15,696 bases of DNA. Origin: Armatimonadota bacterium (GTDB lineage: Bacteria > Armatimonadota > Armatimonadia > Armatimonadales > Armatimonadaceae). The stretch lies in assembly GCA_043754515.1 (NCBI GenBank), contig JAYUUO010000072.1, forward strand, positions 1-15,696, given 5' to 3'. Under the pieces are notes generated by a model, which worked only from the letters and a program-made list of their open reading frames with translations, was not told the DNA's origin and did no database searches. Position 1 is the stretch's first letter; each line of letters starts with the position of its first letter. Positions 1 to 9,530 of the stretch are shown piece after piece. The position numbers and the translations under genes are program-made.

Positions 1-174
1 GACGCCGCCATTACCGCCGATGTCGCGGTTCGTCTCCGGCGGCTTCGCGGCGTTGCCGGACAGGGTGCGGGTGAGAGAATCGCGGAGCGCGTCGGTCTCA
101 GCACCCGACAAAACCGGCCCGTAGTTCAGGAACCCGTTCGCGCGAAATGACTGTTTTTGTGATTCGGTAAGCAT
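1..174 (-). CDS. Probable phytanoyl-CoA dioxygenase (PhyH)-family protein, N-terminal part (runs off the window edge; absent from the ORF track)
   Basis: ATG at 174-172 follows an AGAGGAAGG SD-like sequence and the frame is open to position 1: MLTESQKQSFRANGFLNYGPVLSGAETDALRDSLTRTLSGNAAKPPETNRDIGGNGGV. The 'LTxxQxxxFxxxGFL...VLSxxExxxLR' start is typical of PhyH-family Fe(II)/2-OG dioxygenases. The catalytic HxD motif is outside the window. Confidence 0.7.
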   Translation of the reverse strand, partial: MLTESQKQSFRANGFLNYGPVLSGAETDALRDSLTRTLSGNAAKPPETNRDIGGNGGV

Positions 175-239
175 TTATGCCTTCCTCTGTCTCGCGGGTT
201 GTGTATCTCGTCCGCGAGCGTCACCCTATTGTAGGCGGC

Positions 240-272
240 AACACCCGCCTCGTCTTGAACAAAGCGGGTGTT
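240..272. other. Inverted repeat between the LacI gene and the PhyH-like gene (possible terminator or protein-binding site)
   Basis: AACACCCGC (240-248) and GCGGGTGTT (264-272). A minus-strand TACAAT -10-like hexamer at 228-233 lies just downstream of it on that strand. Confidence 0.4.
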
Positions 273-352
273 TTCTTGACCGTTTCCGGCACGTCGTTCC
301 CGCGTGGGCGCGAGTCACGGCGGCCCCGGTCGGCGGTCTTACGCCCGCGCGT

Positions 353-1387
353 TCAAGAGGCTGGCTCCGCGGTGGAGTCACGCACTATCAGTTCGGTGCC
401 CAGAAATTGCTTCTTGCCACGGCTTTGGATGTCGCCTATTACCGCGAGGAGGTCGTCTACGACAGCACGACCGATCTGCGCGAACGGCTGACGCATGGTG
501 GTGAGTGCGGGGTGTTCCTGCGCCGCCTCCGGCAGATCGTCATGGCCGAGCACGGAAATGTCTCCCGGCACCCGCAGACCGAGGCGGGTGAGGACACGTA
601 TCGCGGAGGAGGCCATCCCGTCCGCGCCGCAGAAGAGCGCGGTCGGACGTTCAGTAATCGGCATTTCCATGAGGTCGGACACGCGCCGAGCCACGGACTC
701 GAACGAGTAATCGCCCGTTGGTGATAGGCGCGGGTCGAATGAAAGTCCAACGCCCTCGATTGCGTCTTTGTACCCGAGGAAGCGGCCCGCGACGGGGCCG
801 TCGGGCATGTTGCCCCGGAGGTGCGCAATGCGCCGGTGCCCGAGGGACAGGAGGTACTTCGTCGCCGCGAATGCCGACTCGCGGTTGTCAACGTCCACGC
901 AGGAGAGTCTGGGATCATCGCCGCTGTCGTTGACGAGCACGAACGGGACTTTGTTGTCGAGGAAGGCCTCGATCAGGTCGCTCCCGGGAAACTGGAAGAA
1001 GACGATATATCCGTCACAACGCCCGTCCCGGTAGCGCGGCAAACTCTCCCGCGCGTTCGTCCACGACCGCCCGGATAATATAGTGACGTCCTGCTCGCGG
1101 GCGTGCGCGGCTTCTAGAATCTCGTTAAACACCAACGAGAAGAACCCGCTCCGTATCGGCGATTGGGCGTCAAAATCGGGGAATATCACGCCGAGCGTGT
1201 CGGTCTGCTTGCGGACGAGGGCGCGGGCGACGGCGGACGGGTAGTAGCCGAGTTCGCGGGCGGCGACCCGGACGCGCTCCTTTGTTCCGGGTGCTATCTG
1301 CGCCCCCAGGCTATTATTCAGGACTTTTGAAACGGTCCCGAGTGAGACACCCGCGCGTGCCGCGACTTCGTGTATGGAAACAGGCAT
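353..1387 (-). CDS. LacI-family transcriptional regulator
   Basis: N-terminal HTH SIHEVAARAGVSLGTVSKVLN, hinge 'LGYYPSAVARAL', sugar-binding domain ending 'ISVLGHDD...PALTTMRQP...TELIVRDST'. GGGGAG SD lies 7 nt upstream. Confidence 0.97.
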   Translation of the reverse strand: MPVSIHEVAARAGVSLGTVSKVLNNSLGAQIAPGTKERVRVAARELGYYPSAVARALVRKQTDTLGVIFPDFDAQSPIRSGFFSLVFNEILEAAHAREQDVTILSGRSWTNARESLPRYRDGRCDGYIVFFQFPGSDLIEAFLDNKVPFVLVNDSGDDPRLSCVDVDNRESAFAATKYLLSLGHRRIAHLRGNMPDGPVAGRFLGYKDAIEGVGLSFDPRLSPTGDYSFESVARRVSDLMEMPITERPTALFCGADGMASSAIRVLTRLGLRVPGDISVLGHDDLPEAAQEHPALTTMRQPFAQIGRAVVDDLLAVIGDIQSRGKKQFLGTELIVRDSTAEPAS

Positions 1388-1446
1388 CGAAAAACTCCCC
1401 GTTTGTGCGCCCGAGCAAGAAGAAAAACCTTTTCGGTCGTTGTCGT

Positions 1447-1475
1447 AGTATACGAATGGTTCATCGCTGTGTCAA
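1447..1475 (-). promoter_or_regulatory. Near-consensus sigma70 promoter of the LacI gene
   Basis: Minus strand reads TTGACA (1475-1470), 17-nt spacer, TATACT (1452-1447), about 60 nt upstream of the ATG at 1387. Confidence 0.85.
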
Positions 1476-1518
1476 CACGAAGAGTCGGCCCGCGGTTGAT
1501 AGAAATTGATAGCGGATG

Positions 1519-3015
1519 TCACTCCGGCTCGGCACCGCCCTCAAGGATCAGCCCGCGCGTGTCGGGATACCGCGCGTACCAGAGGGCGAGCGCGTCGCGC
1601 AGGTGCCCGGCGTAGCGGAAGTGCGATCCGGTGCCGGTGCGCAACTCGGCCTCATATATAAATTTGTCGGCGGTGGTGGTGTGCTCAAAGGGAAACTGCG
1701 TCCCCAGAAGCGCGAAGTAGATGCCGGTGGTTGTGCCGCTCGAAACCGATAATTGGGATGTCTCGCGCCCGACTTCCAGCAACGCGTTATATTCTGCGTT
1801 TATTCCGTTAGCTTCGATACCCTCACACGCTTCACCGAATATTTTGCCGTCATGTTGCCGCGCCTGCTGTTTGGGGCGTGGCAACTGATCCAGGGCGCAG
1901 TAGAAGCCTACCGCGCAGAGCGGACAGTATTTTGTACCTGTCCGGTGCCGGTTTAAGTCACGGATTTCCGCGAACGCCACGGCGTCCCACGAGAAACGAA
2001 CCGCCGTGCGCCGCAGGGTATCGCCGATGTAGGCATAGCGGTTGTCGTGATGCTGAAGATCGGACACATATCGCGCTTCTATGTCGTCGAACTCCCGCTG
2101 GCTGCATGTAATCGGTTCCAGTTCTTGCGCGAATGGTACCATGACGTCTAGGTGGGCTTCGGCGGGGCAGTCATTCGTCGTCGAATCAACAAGGTAAAAA
2201 TCATCCGCGACGCCGTACCACGCCGCCCATTCTGTCGCCTGACCCGCGACGAGTGACGGCTTTTCGACCGCGTGTCGGAGTAAGCGCGGCGCGACGAGCG
2301 CGAGTTCCCCACGTATCGCGTCGCCGAGCGTTCGCGCCTCGGGAAGCGGGTGCGACAGCAGATGCTGAACGAGCGTCACCCAGGCCCGAGCCGACTGCAC
2401 CATCATCACGTTCGTTCGCGCCGCGACTGGCAGAAAGTAGCGCGCCCGGTCGAATGCGTAGTTGCGCCGCATCCGCGCCACCCCGCGCTTCGCTTTATCC
2501 GACGGATCATCGAGAAGTTTTCGCGGGATGCGGGTAAGTTCCGGGTTCGCGTCGCCGATGGTCTCCCATAACGTCAACGCTTCCTCATACGCGGCGAACG
2601 CTCGCGCCATCATGCGCTCCCATTCATCGCGGAACGATTCAGGAATACCGAGCGTTTCAGCGTCTACCAGACCCTCCGCGTTCATCTTGATATAGCGCGT
2701 GGACGACTCCTGGCCGCCCGCGAGCGGACATAGTGACCAGATCAAGTATGCGAGCAAAAGCGAAACACCGTCCATGAACAGCGCGACCGGTGCCATATCG
2801 GCGATGCTCTGGTGCCCGTAGTCCACCATTTTGAAGATAGAATCAACGGACTTGTCCTGATTTTCGGGGTCAATTCGGGCGAGAATCGCGTCCAACCCGT
2901 CGTCGGATCGCGAGTACCGGGCACCGGTCGCGGCGAGCAACTCGGGTGTCAGCGCGGGGCGACCGGCGGTATTCGCGGCGTCGGTAGGGCGCAGGGAGAC
3001 ATGCGTGACTTTCAT
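1519..3015 (-). CDS. thyX: FAD-dependent thymidylate synthase-like protein with tandem ThyX domains
   Basis: 498 aa, about twice a single ThyX domain. Motifs: ARYSRS, YGHQSIAD, QESSTRYI, FDRARYFLPVAARTNV in the N-half and EIRDLNRHR in the C-half. Confidence 0.8.
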   Translation of the reverse strand: MKVTHVSLRPTDAANTAGRPALTPELLAATGARYSRSDDGLDAILARIDPENQDKSVDSIFKMVDYGHQSIADMAPVALFMDGVSLLLAYLIWSLCPLAGGQESSTRYIKMNAEGLVDAETLGIPESFRDEWERMMARAFAAYEEALTLWETIGDANPELTRIPRKLLDDPSDKAKRGVARMRRNYAFDRARYFLPVAARTNVMMVQSARAWVTLVQHLLSHPLPEARTLGDAIRGELALVAPRLLRHAVEKPSLVAGQATEWAAWYGVADDFYLVDSTTNDCPAEAHLDVMVPFAQELEPITCSQREFDDIEARYVSDLQHHDNRYAYIGDTLRRTAVRFSWDAVAFAEIRDLNRHRTGTKYCPLCAVGFYCALDQLPRPKQQARQHDGKIFGEACEGIEANGINAEYNALLEVGRETSQLSVSSGTTTGIYFALLGTQFPFEHTTTADKFIYEAELRTGTGSHFRYAGHLRDALALWYARYPDTRGLILEGGAEPE

Positions 3016-3067
3016 GGCGTGATGATCGCTCGGGAGGTGTTACGCACCGGCTCGTTAGCCCGCCGGG

Positions 3068-4180
3068 TCATTCCCCAAAAAACTCGCGCACGGACAGGGC
3101 CACCCATTCGCGCTGTTCCGCTTGTAACTCCGGCATGATCGGGATCGAAAGCACCTCGCCCGACGCCGCTTCCGAATGGGGGAGATCCCCCGCTCGGCCG
3201 CCGTAGCGCAGATACGCCTCTTCTAGATGCAGGGAGCCGGGGTAGTATATCCCGGACGCGACCCCACGCGACGCCAGAAACGCTTTGAGTCCGTCGCGTC
3301 GCCCGCCGGTGACACGGAGCGTGTACTGGTGATACGTGTGTATGTTTTCTGGCAGTGTGAACGGCGTTTTTAACCCCTCGATATTCTGTAACGCGAGGTC
3401 ATAGTACGCGGCGTTCTGACGCCGCGCCTCGTTCCACGCCCCGATGTGCGGGAACTTGACATGAAGCACTGCCGTCTGAATCGCGTCTAGCCGCGAACAC
3501 AGCCCCACATATTTGTAGCGATATGTCCCCTTCGATCCGTGAAAGCGCAGGTAACGCAGTTTTTCGGCCAAGTCGTCGTCGTCTGTCAACACCATGCCGC
3601 CGTCGCCCGCCGCGCCCAGATTCTTGGTTGGAAAGAACGACAGCGTGGAGAGGAGGGACCATTGTGCCACCGGCTTGTCACCGTGGAAAGAACCGATCGC
3701 CTGCGCGGCGTCGCCGATCAGCGGTAACCCGTACTTCTCGGACACCGCGACGAATGCCCGCATGTCGGCCATCTGTCCGAACAGATGCACGGGGATAATA
3801 GCTCGGGTGCGCGACGTGATCTTCGCCTCCGTGCTCGCCACATCTAGGTTGTAGGTAGCAGGGTCGATGTCGGCGAATATGGGGGTTAGCCCGAGCAAGG
3901 CGATTGTCTCCGCCGTGGCGACGAACGTGAATGGCGTCGTAATCACCTCGTCACCAGGGTGCAAGTCGAGTGCCATCAGCGAGAGGAGCAACGCGTCCGT
4001 GCCGCTGTTGAGCGCGATTCCGTGCCGAACCCCGCTCATGGCAGCGATAGCCGCTTCGAGTTCCGCCGTCCGGGGCGTCAGGCCGAACGTCCCCGCCGCC
4101 ATCACCCCCAAAACCGCCGCGTCGAGTTCCGCCTTAAGGGCGATATATTGGGCGGGCAAATCCGCCATCGAAACATTCAT
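3068..4180 (-). CDS. DegT/DnrJ/EryC1/StrS-family PLP-dependent sugar aminotransferase
   Basis: NSGTDAL, GDEVITTPFTFVAT, AIIPVHLFGQ, DAAQAIG, SFFPTKNLGAAGDGG (PLP lysine), SRLDAIQ, LSIP. Confidence 0.96.
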   Translation of the reverse strand: MNVSMADLPAQYIALKAELDAAVLGVMAAGTFGLTPRTAELEAAIAAMSGVRHGIALNSGTDALLLSLMALDLHPGDEVITTPFTFVATAETIALLGLTPIFADIDPATYNLDVASTEAKITSRTRAIIPVHLFGQMADMRAFVAVSEKYGLPLIGDAAQAIGSFHGDKPVAQWSLLSTLSFFPTKNLGAAGDGGMVLTDDDDLAEKLRYLRFHGSKGTYRYKYVGLCSRLDAIQTAVLHVKFPHIGAWNEARRQNAAYYDLALQNIEGLKTPFTLPENIHTYHQYTLRVTGGRRDGLKAFLASRGVASGIYYPGSLHLEEAYLRYGGRAGDLPHSEAASGEVLSIPIMPELQAEQREWVALSVREFFGE

Positions 4181-4239
4181 CTTGTCTGAGTTTGACAGCG
4201 AACAGCCCGCCGTGATTCCCGTTTTAAGGGGGGGCGATT

Positions 4240-4245
4240 ATTATA
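4240..4245 (-). promoter_or_regulatory. Putative -10 element of the aminotransferase (possibly aminotransferase-thyX) transcript
   Basis: Perfect TATAAT on the minus strand about 60 nt upstream of the ATG at 4180, in GC-rich DNA. No clear -35. Confidence 0.55.
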
Positions 4246-4626
4246 TTTCCGGCGTTCGTCTTGTCGGTGATCTAAAGTCCCCCGCCGTCGCCTCCCGTCA
4301 CGCCGCGTACCCGACCGACCCAGGCGCGGGCGGCTCCTACCCCTACGATCGCATCGTCTCCGGTTCGTCCAGGCGCGGCTCCATGGCGTCGTGCCACGCG
4401 GCATCCACGTCGCCCGGCTCTAACGTCCACAGGAGCGACGCTTGCACCTGCCCGGCATGGTCCCCCGTCGCGCCGTTCATGCCCGGCGAGTTCGCCTCGA
4501 AAGCCCGGCAGGCCGTATAGACGCGCACACGCGTACGGTCGTAGCCACCTGACTCCGGCCGTCGAGTGAAAATAAACCGAGTTGACTATTGACTACTTCA
4601 GTAGTGTGAGTGTGCACTGCATTCGT

Positions 4627-7031
4627 ATGAAACCCATCACTCCGTTAGTTCTTATTGCGACAATCGCAACCGTGGTACTTGTCGGCGCGACGCTGTCGCG
4701 GGCACGTCGGGCAGCGGAGGCCGCCCCACTCCCGCTGATCCGCTGGTCGGACCCCCACGCGTGGCCGGGTGGTATTGTCCCCCGAGCCGGAGATGACGTA
4801 CATCTGCCCGATGGCAGAACGGTGCTACTGGACGTCAACCCACCCGCGCTACACAGCGTGACAGTATCAGGGGCGCGCACAACCCTTGAGTTCGATGACA
4901 CGGGTGACCGACGCCTCGCGGCGGGGCGGATCACTGTGGCGGGGCCGGGCGCGCGGCTAGTTATAGGTCAGCAAAGCAGACCGTTCAGGCACCGGGCGAC
5001 AATCTACCTCGGGGCCGACGGGGAGGGGGTGCCGATGCTGTCCGTGTCGGGCAAAGGCGCGCGGCTGGAAATGTTCGGCGAGACGGAGCGTTCGTCCTGG
5101 ACGCGCCTGGCGGCGACGGTGGATGCCGGGGCGTACTCGCTGACACTCGCCGACGCCACGACGGGTTGGCACACGGGCGATAGGATCGTCGTCGCGCCGA
5201 CCGGGTTCGATCCCGGCGAATCCGAGGCGCGAACCGTTCGCGAAGTTTCCGGCGCGGGCGTTCGTTTGGACAAACCGCTCTGCTTCCGGTATTGGGGCGC
5301 GGTCACGGTTCGGGGCGTCGCGGAGCAGGCGGAGGTCGGATTGTTATCGCGAACCGTCGTCGTGGGAGGGGAGAAGGGGATCGGCGGTTGCGTCATGATC
5401 ATGGGCGCGGGAGCCGGGGCGCGGCTGAGCGGCGTCGAGTTCCGGCACCTGGGCGTGTCGGGTGAGAAGGGGAAGTACCCGGTGCATTTCCATCTCGTGG
5501 GAGACGGCACCGGGAGTTTCGTCCGGGACTGCGCGATCCACGACGCCTATAACCGCTGGCTGACGATCCATGGGACACGCCATGTCGTTGTCCGGAGCAA
5601 CGTCGGCTTCGACACCGCGGGGCACGGCTTCTTCCTGGAGGACGGCGACGAGACCGACAACACGCTCGAAAACAATCTGGGCATTCGTGTACGGACGCCT
5701 TTGGTCGGCAAATGTGTCACTCCCGGCGACATGCGTCCAGCCGCGTTCTGGGTCGCTAACCCGCGCAACAGTCTGCGTGGCAATGTCGCGGCGGGTTCGG
5801 ACTATTACGGGTATTGGTACGACCTGCCTGAGCACCCCGCTGGTGCGGCGAGTGGTACCCCACTCTGCCCGCGCCGGATGCCGCTCGGTGGCTTCGAGGG
5901 CAACACGGCGCACACGTGCGAGCACGACGGCCTGTTTGTGGACAACGCCGCCAACACGCCCGGCGTCACCGGCGCGCCGAACTACGACCCGACCCGGCAC
6001 GCCTTTTTTCGTCGCTTTTTTGCCTACAAGTGCCGGCGTAGAGGCGTCTGGCTACGCGGATCGCGGCTGTTTCTGACCGGGGCGGTGTTAGCGGACAACG
6101 GCATCGCTGTCACCCTGGCGGCGTCGGCTTCCGCGATAACCGGGTCGCTGATCGTCGGCGAGACCGAGAACCGCACCGGACCGTTCAAGCCGGACGAACC
6201 GACCGTGCCCCTGACTAGCTCCGAGTTTTATGACGGGCCGCTCCGCGTCGAGGACACGTCGTTCGCGGATTTCGTCCCTCGCTCGGGTCGCCCCGCTAGC
6301 GCGCTCGGCGTGTTGCGGTTCAGCTCGTTCTTCGTCGCGCCGGTGAACACGGCGTGTAGGTTGCGATTCGAGAACGCCGTCCGCTTCCGCTGGGAGCGAC
6401 GACCGGCGACCCCGATCTGTCAGCTGATGGCTACCGCACGGCGATCTTCACCGCCGGTGACGGTTCTGTTGCCGGAAGAGCCGGGGCACATGTGGTCGCT
6501 GGCGAGCCGTTTCTGTATACGGGGACCGACGCTTGTGTGCGTCGCAACGATTGGGATGCCGCGACCTGCGACGGGAGGCAGGTCCGGTTCGCCTGCCTTT
6601 TTGTAGACAACCGGGACGTGGTACCGGGGGAGATCGGGCCGGTGCGGCTCTCACCGGCGGAACGGCCCGGCAACTTCATCCGCGCCTGGGGCGTGCCGCG
6701 CCTCGGCCCGACCACTAGTTTCCAGGCGAATGTCCGGCTCGGGAATGCGTATGTGGTGCGTTGCGAGGGTGCCGCGCCCCCGCCCGCGCACATCCACGTT
6801 AGCCTACGCGACGCGGCGCGGGCGGGGGATCCTGTTAGCGTGACGATACCGGTCGGCGATCCGGGTATCACCGTCGCCGTCTATCGGGTTGACGCCACGA
6901 AGCAACGCCGCCCGCTACCGCTCGGCGGCGAGACGGCGCGGCGTGATCCCCGAACGGGGAGCGTTACCTTGAACCTGGTGACGCCGGAGCTGGGCGCGGC
7001 GCTGAGCGTCGAGATCGTCCGGGCGAAATAG
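4627..7031 (+). pseudogene. Secreted G8-domain / CEMIP(KIAA1199)-TMEM2-like beta-helix protein, split by one frameshift near 6390-6420
   Basis: Signal-like start MKPITPLVLIATIATVVLVGA (ATG 4627). G8 start WSDPHAWPGGIVPRAGDDVHL, followed by SWTRLAAT, GDRIVVAPTGF, EVGLLSRTV, GKYPVHFH, GHGFFLEDGDETDN, AAFWVANPRN. The family-like sequence continues in the -1 frame (DLSADGYRTAIFTAGDGSVAGRAGAHVV) into the 6492-7031 ORF. Joined length is about 801 aa. A sequencing error cannot be excluded. Confidence 0.8.
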
Positions 7032-7036
7032 TAGAT

Positions 7037-7074
7037 GTGCCGCGCGCTTCAACCCGCGCGGCACGCTGTATACT
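7037..7074 (+). promoter_or_regulatory. Perfect 10-bp hairpin followed by a -10 element for a probably leaderless amidohydrolase transcript
   Basis: GTGCCGCGCG (7037-7046) / CGCGCGGCAC (7055-7064). TATACT at 7069-7074 ends 6 nt before the ATG at 7081. No SD. Confidence 0.6.
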
Positions 7075-7080
7075 ATCGTC

Positions 7081-8280
7081 ATGGAAACCGCGCCCTTTCT
7101 CCCTCGCTTGCGTCAGGCGGTCGCCGATGTATTGCCGTCCATCATCGCCCTGCGCCATGACCTGCACCGTCACCCCGAACTATCCGGCTCCGAGGAGCGC
7201 ACGGCCGGCATTGTGTCGGAGTGGCTGGCCCGGCACGAAATCCCGCACGAGACGCGGGTAGGGGATACGTGGGGTGTTGTCGCGGTGATCGAGTCGGGGC
7301 AAGGGAGGAGCGAGCGGACGTTCGCCCTGCGCGGCGACATGGACGCCCTGCCGATACAGGAGGAGCGCGAGACCGCGTATAAGTCGTCCGTCCCCGGCGT
7401 CATGCACGCGTGTGGGCACGACGGGCACACGGCGAACCTGATGGGCGCGGCACTCGTCCTGAACCGGCTCAAGGAGGACTTGCCGCCGGGGCGTGTCAAA
7501 CTGATCTTCCAGCCCGCCGAGGAAACCGTGCGCGGCGCGGACGTGTTAGTCGCGGCGGGTGTTGTAGACGACGTGGATGCCATTGTGATGCTACACGGCT
7601 GGCCTCTTCTAGATCCCGGCGTGATCGGCGTGCGTAGCGGTCCCGTGATGGCGTCGTCGGATCAGTTCCTACTCACGATCACCGGCAAGGGTGGACACGG
7701 TGCTTATCCGCACGACACGGTTGACCCGATCTACATCGGGGCGCAGATCGTCGCCAACCTGCAAAGCATCGTCAGCCGGGAACTACCGCCCGTGCAACCC
7801 GCCGTTATTTCGGTCACGCAGTTCTTCGCCGGAACTTCGGCGACCAACGTCATCCCTGGCACCGCGAAACTAGGCGCGACGGTTCGCGCGCTTTCCCCCG
7901 ACATCCGCGAGACGCTGTCCGAGCGAATCGAACGCGTGATCGCGGGGATCTGCGCCGCGCATCGGGCGACGTACGAATATAAGTACCGTCTCGGCACGCC
8001 GGTCACTGTGAACGACGCGGCGGTTACGGACCTAGTTCGGCGGGTGGGGCGCGACTTGCTCGGCGTGGAGAACGTGATCGAGTTGTCGGAGCCGACCATG
8101 GGCGCGGAGGACTTCGCCTACTATCTGGAGAAAGCCCCCGGCTCGATGTTCCGGCTCGGAACGGGCTGTCCATACCTGTTGCACACCCCGAAGTACGATT
8201 TCGGAGACGCGCCGCTCGAAGCGGGAATCACGATGATGGCGGAGACGGCGCGGCGGTTTCTGGCCGAAGGCGCGAGTTAG
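7081..8280 (+). CDS. M20D-family metallo-amidohydrolase (aminoacylase/hippurate hydrolase-like)
   Basis: LHRHPELSGSE, ALRGDMDALPIQE, MHACGHDGH, IFQPAEE, GKGGHGAYPH, MGAEDFAYY, LHTPKYDF. Confidence 0.96.
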   Translation: METAPFLPRLRQAVADVLPSIIALRHDLHRHPELSGSEERTAGIVSEWLARHEIPHETRVGDTWGVVAVIESGQGRSERTFALRGDMDALPIQEERETAYKSSVPGVMHACGHDGHTANLMGAALVLNRLKEDLPPGRVKLIFQPAEETVRGADVLVAAGVVDDVDAIVMLHGWPLLDPGVIGVRSGPVMASSDQFLLTITGKGGHGAYPHDTVDPIYIGAQIVANLQSIVSRELPPVQPAVISVTQFFAGTSATNVIPGTAKLGATVRALSPDIRETLSERIERVIAGICAAHRATYEYKYRLGTPVTVNDAAVTDLVRRVGRDLLGVENVIELSEPTMGAEDFAYYLEKAPGSMFRLGTGCPYLLHTPKYDFGDAPLEAGITMMAETARRFLAEGAS

Positions 8281-8402
8281 TCGGTATGCGCCGTTTCCAC
8301 ACTGCTATCTACGCGCCCTGATCAGGCTGAATATCTTCGTGCCGTCGGCGAGCGGGAACGTCATTATCAGGGTCACCGATGATCGTATGTCGCCCTTGAT
8401 TG

Positions 8403-9530
8403 CTATACCGACTTCACCTCTACCGTGTCGCCATTTATGGCAAATCGCCGTTTACCGCCGCCGCGTGGCGCGGCATCCTCGTCGGAGAGAAGGTCGCGTA
8501 GCCGTGTCAAGGCCCGTTGTTGAAGGCGGGAGACGTGCATCTGTGAAATGTTGAGTTTCTTGGCGATCTTCGCCTGGCTCATCTCGTCGAAGAAGCGCAG
8601 GGACACTACTTCGCGTTCGCGGGGGTGCAGCCGCTTCATCGCGGAGCGCAGGTCGCCGAACGCCTCGAACTCCCACAAGCCGGTGTCGGTTCGACCAACC
8701 AGGTCGAAGAGCGACCCCGAGTCGGTGCCCATGTCTAAGTGTGAGTCTAGCGAAAGAGGATTACTCGCCTCGCCAGCCTCCATCGCCACTAACACCTCTT
8801 CCTCGGGGACTTTCATATACGCGGCGATCTCCGCCGGGGTGGGTACGCGCCCCAGCTCCTGCGTCAGGACATGCTGGAAGCGACGGACGGAGTGGTTCAT
8901 CTCCTGGAGCCAGCGCGGCACCTTGATCGTGGCCGTCTTGTCGCGGAAATACCGCTTGATCTCCCCCATAATCGTCGGCGTGGCGTAAGTCGAGAAGCGC
9001 GTGCCCTGGTTCGGGTCGTACCGATCCAGCGCATTGATTAGGCCGATGTTCCCGACCTGAATCAGATCCTCAATGAACTCACCGGCACCTATGAACCGCG
9101 TGGCGATGGAGCGGACCAGGCGCTGATGATAGATCACCAACATCTCGCGTAGTTGCGGATCACGGGTGTGTGCGTGCTCCACGGACAACCGCTCGAGTTC
9201 GCCGGGAGGTAGCACCGGAATGTCTACCGCGAGTGGGGTCGCGAGAGAGGACGGGGGATTAACAAGGGAGTACGGCGCGAGCGCGACCGGCGTACTCGCG
9301 GAGTCGCCGAGCGGCGCGCGAGGCGCGACCGGCGCGGGGGGATGCGAAGAGTCTGTATCACCTATCATAGAAGACGTTGATTTGAATCGGCGGCAAAGTG
9401 GGATCGGTTTTGCCGTTCGTGGCGAGACGCGATCTCCGCCGGCATACACAAACGTTCTCCGCCCCCATGCGATAGAGGCATTTTCCGCGCGTGTGGCCGC
9501 GTCCTGCGTTTGTCGCAAATCTTCATTCAA
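8403..9530 (-). CDS. SigB/SigF/SigG-family (group 3) RNA polymerase sigma factor; start uncertain (TTG 9530 or ATG 9368)
   Basis: EDLIQVGNIGLINALDRYDP, FSTYATPTIMGEIKRYFRD, IKVPR, LGRVPTPAEIA, LSLD, MSQAKIAKKLNISQMHVSRL. GGAGG lies 6 nt before the in-frame TTG at 9530. ATG 9368 has no SD. Confidence 0.93.
   Translation of the reverse strand: MNEDLRQTQDAATRAENASIAWGRRTFVYAGGDRVSPRTAKPIPLCRRFKSTSSMIGDTDSSHPPAPVAPRAPLGDSASTPVALAPYSLVNPPSSLATPLAVDIPVLPPGELERLSVEHAHTRDPQLREMLVIYHQRLVRSIATRFIGAGEFIEDLIQVGNIGLINALDRYDPNQGTRFSTYATPTIMGEIKRYFRDKTATIKVPRWLQEMNHSVRRFQHVLTQELGRVPTPAEIAAYMKVPEEEVLVAMEAGEASNPLSLDSHLDMGTDSGSLFDLVGRTDTGLWEFEAFGDLRSAMKRLHPREREVVSLRFFDEMSQAKIAKKLNISQMHVSRLQQRALTRLRDLLSDEDAAPRGGGKRRFAINGDTVEVKSV

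Noticed and set aside
3867..4520. 217-aa + strand ORF, and similar antisense or overlapping ORFs (e.g. 5344-6000, 12601-13149, 13351-13941, 14906-15355)
   Set aside because: Shadow ORFs expected in high-GC DNA. They overlap well-supported genes and lack recognisable motifs.
4582..4626. TTG start at 4582 given by the ORF track for the G8 protein
   Set aside because: ATG 4627 begins a typical signal-peptide-like sequence. The extra 15 codons look like intergenic DNA.
6420..6606. C-terminal ~60 aa of the 674-aa ORF
   Set aside because: Out-of-frame read-through after the frameshift. The family-like sequence is in the overlapping frame.
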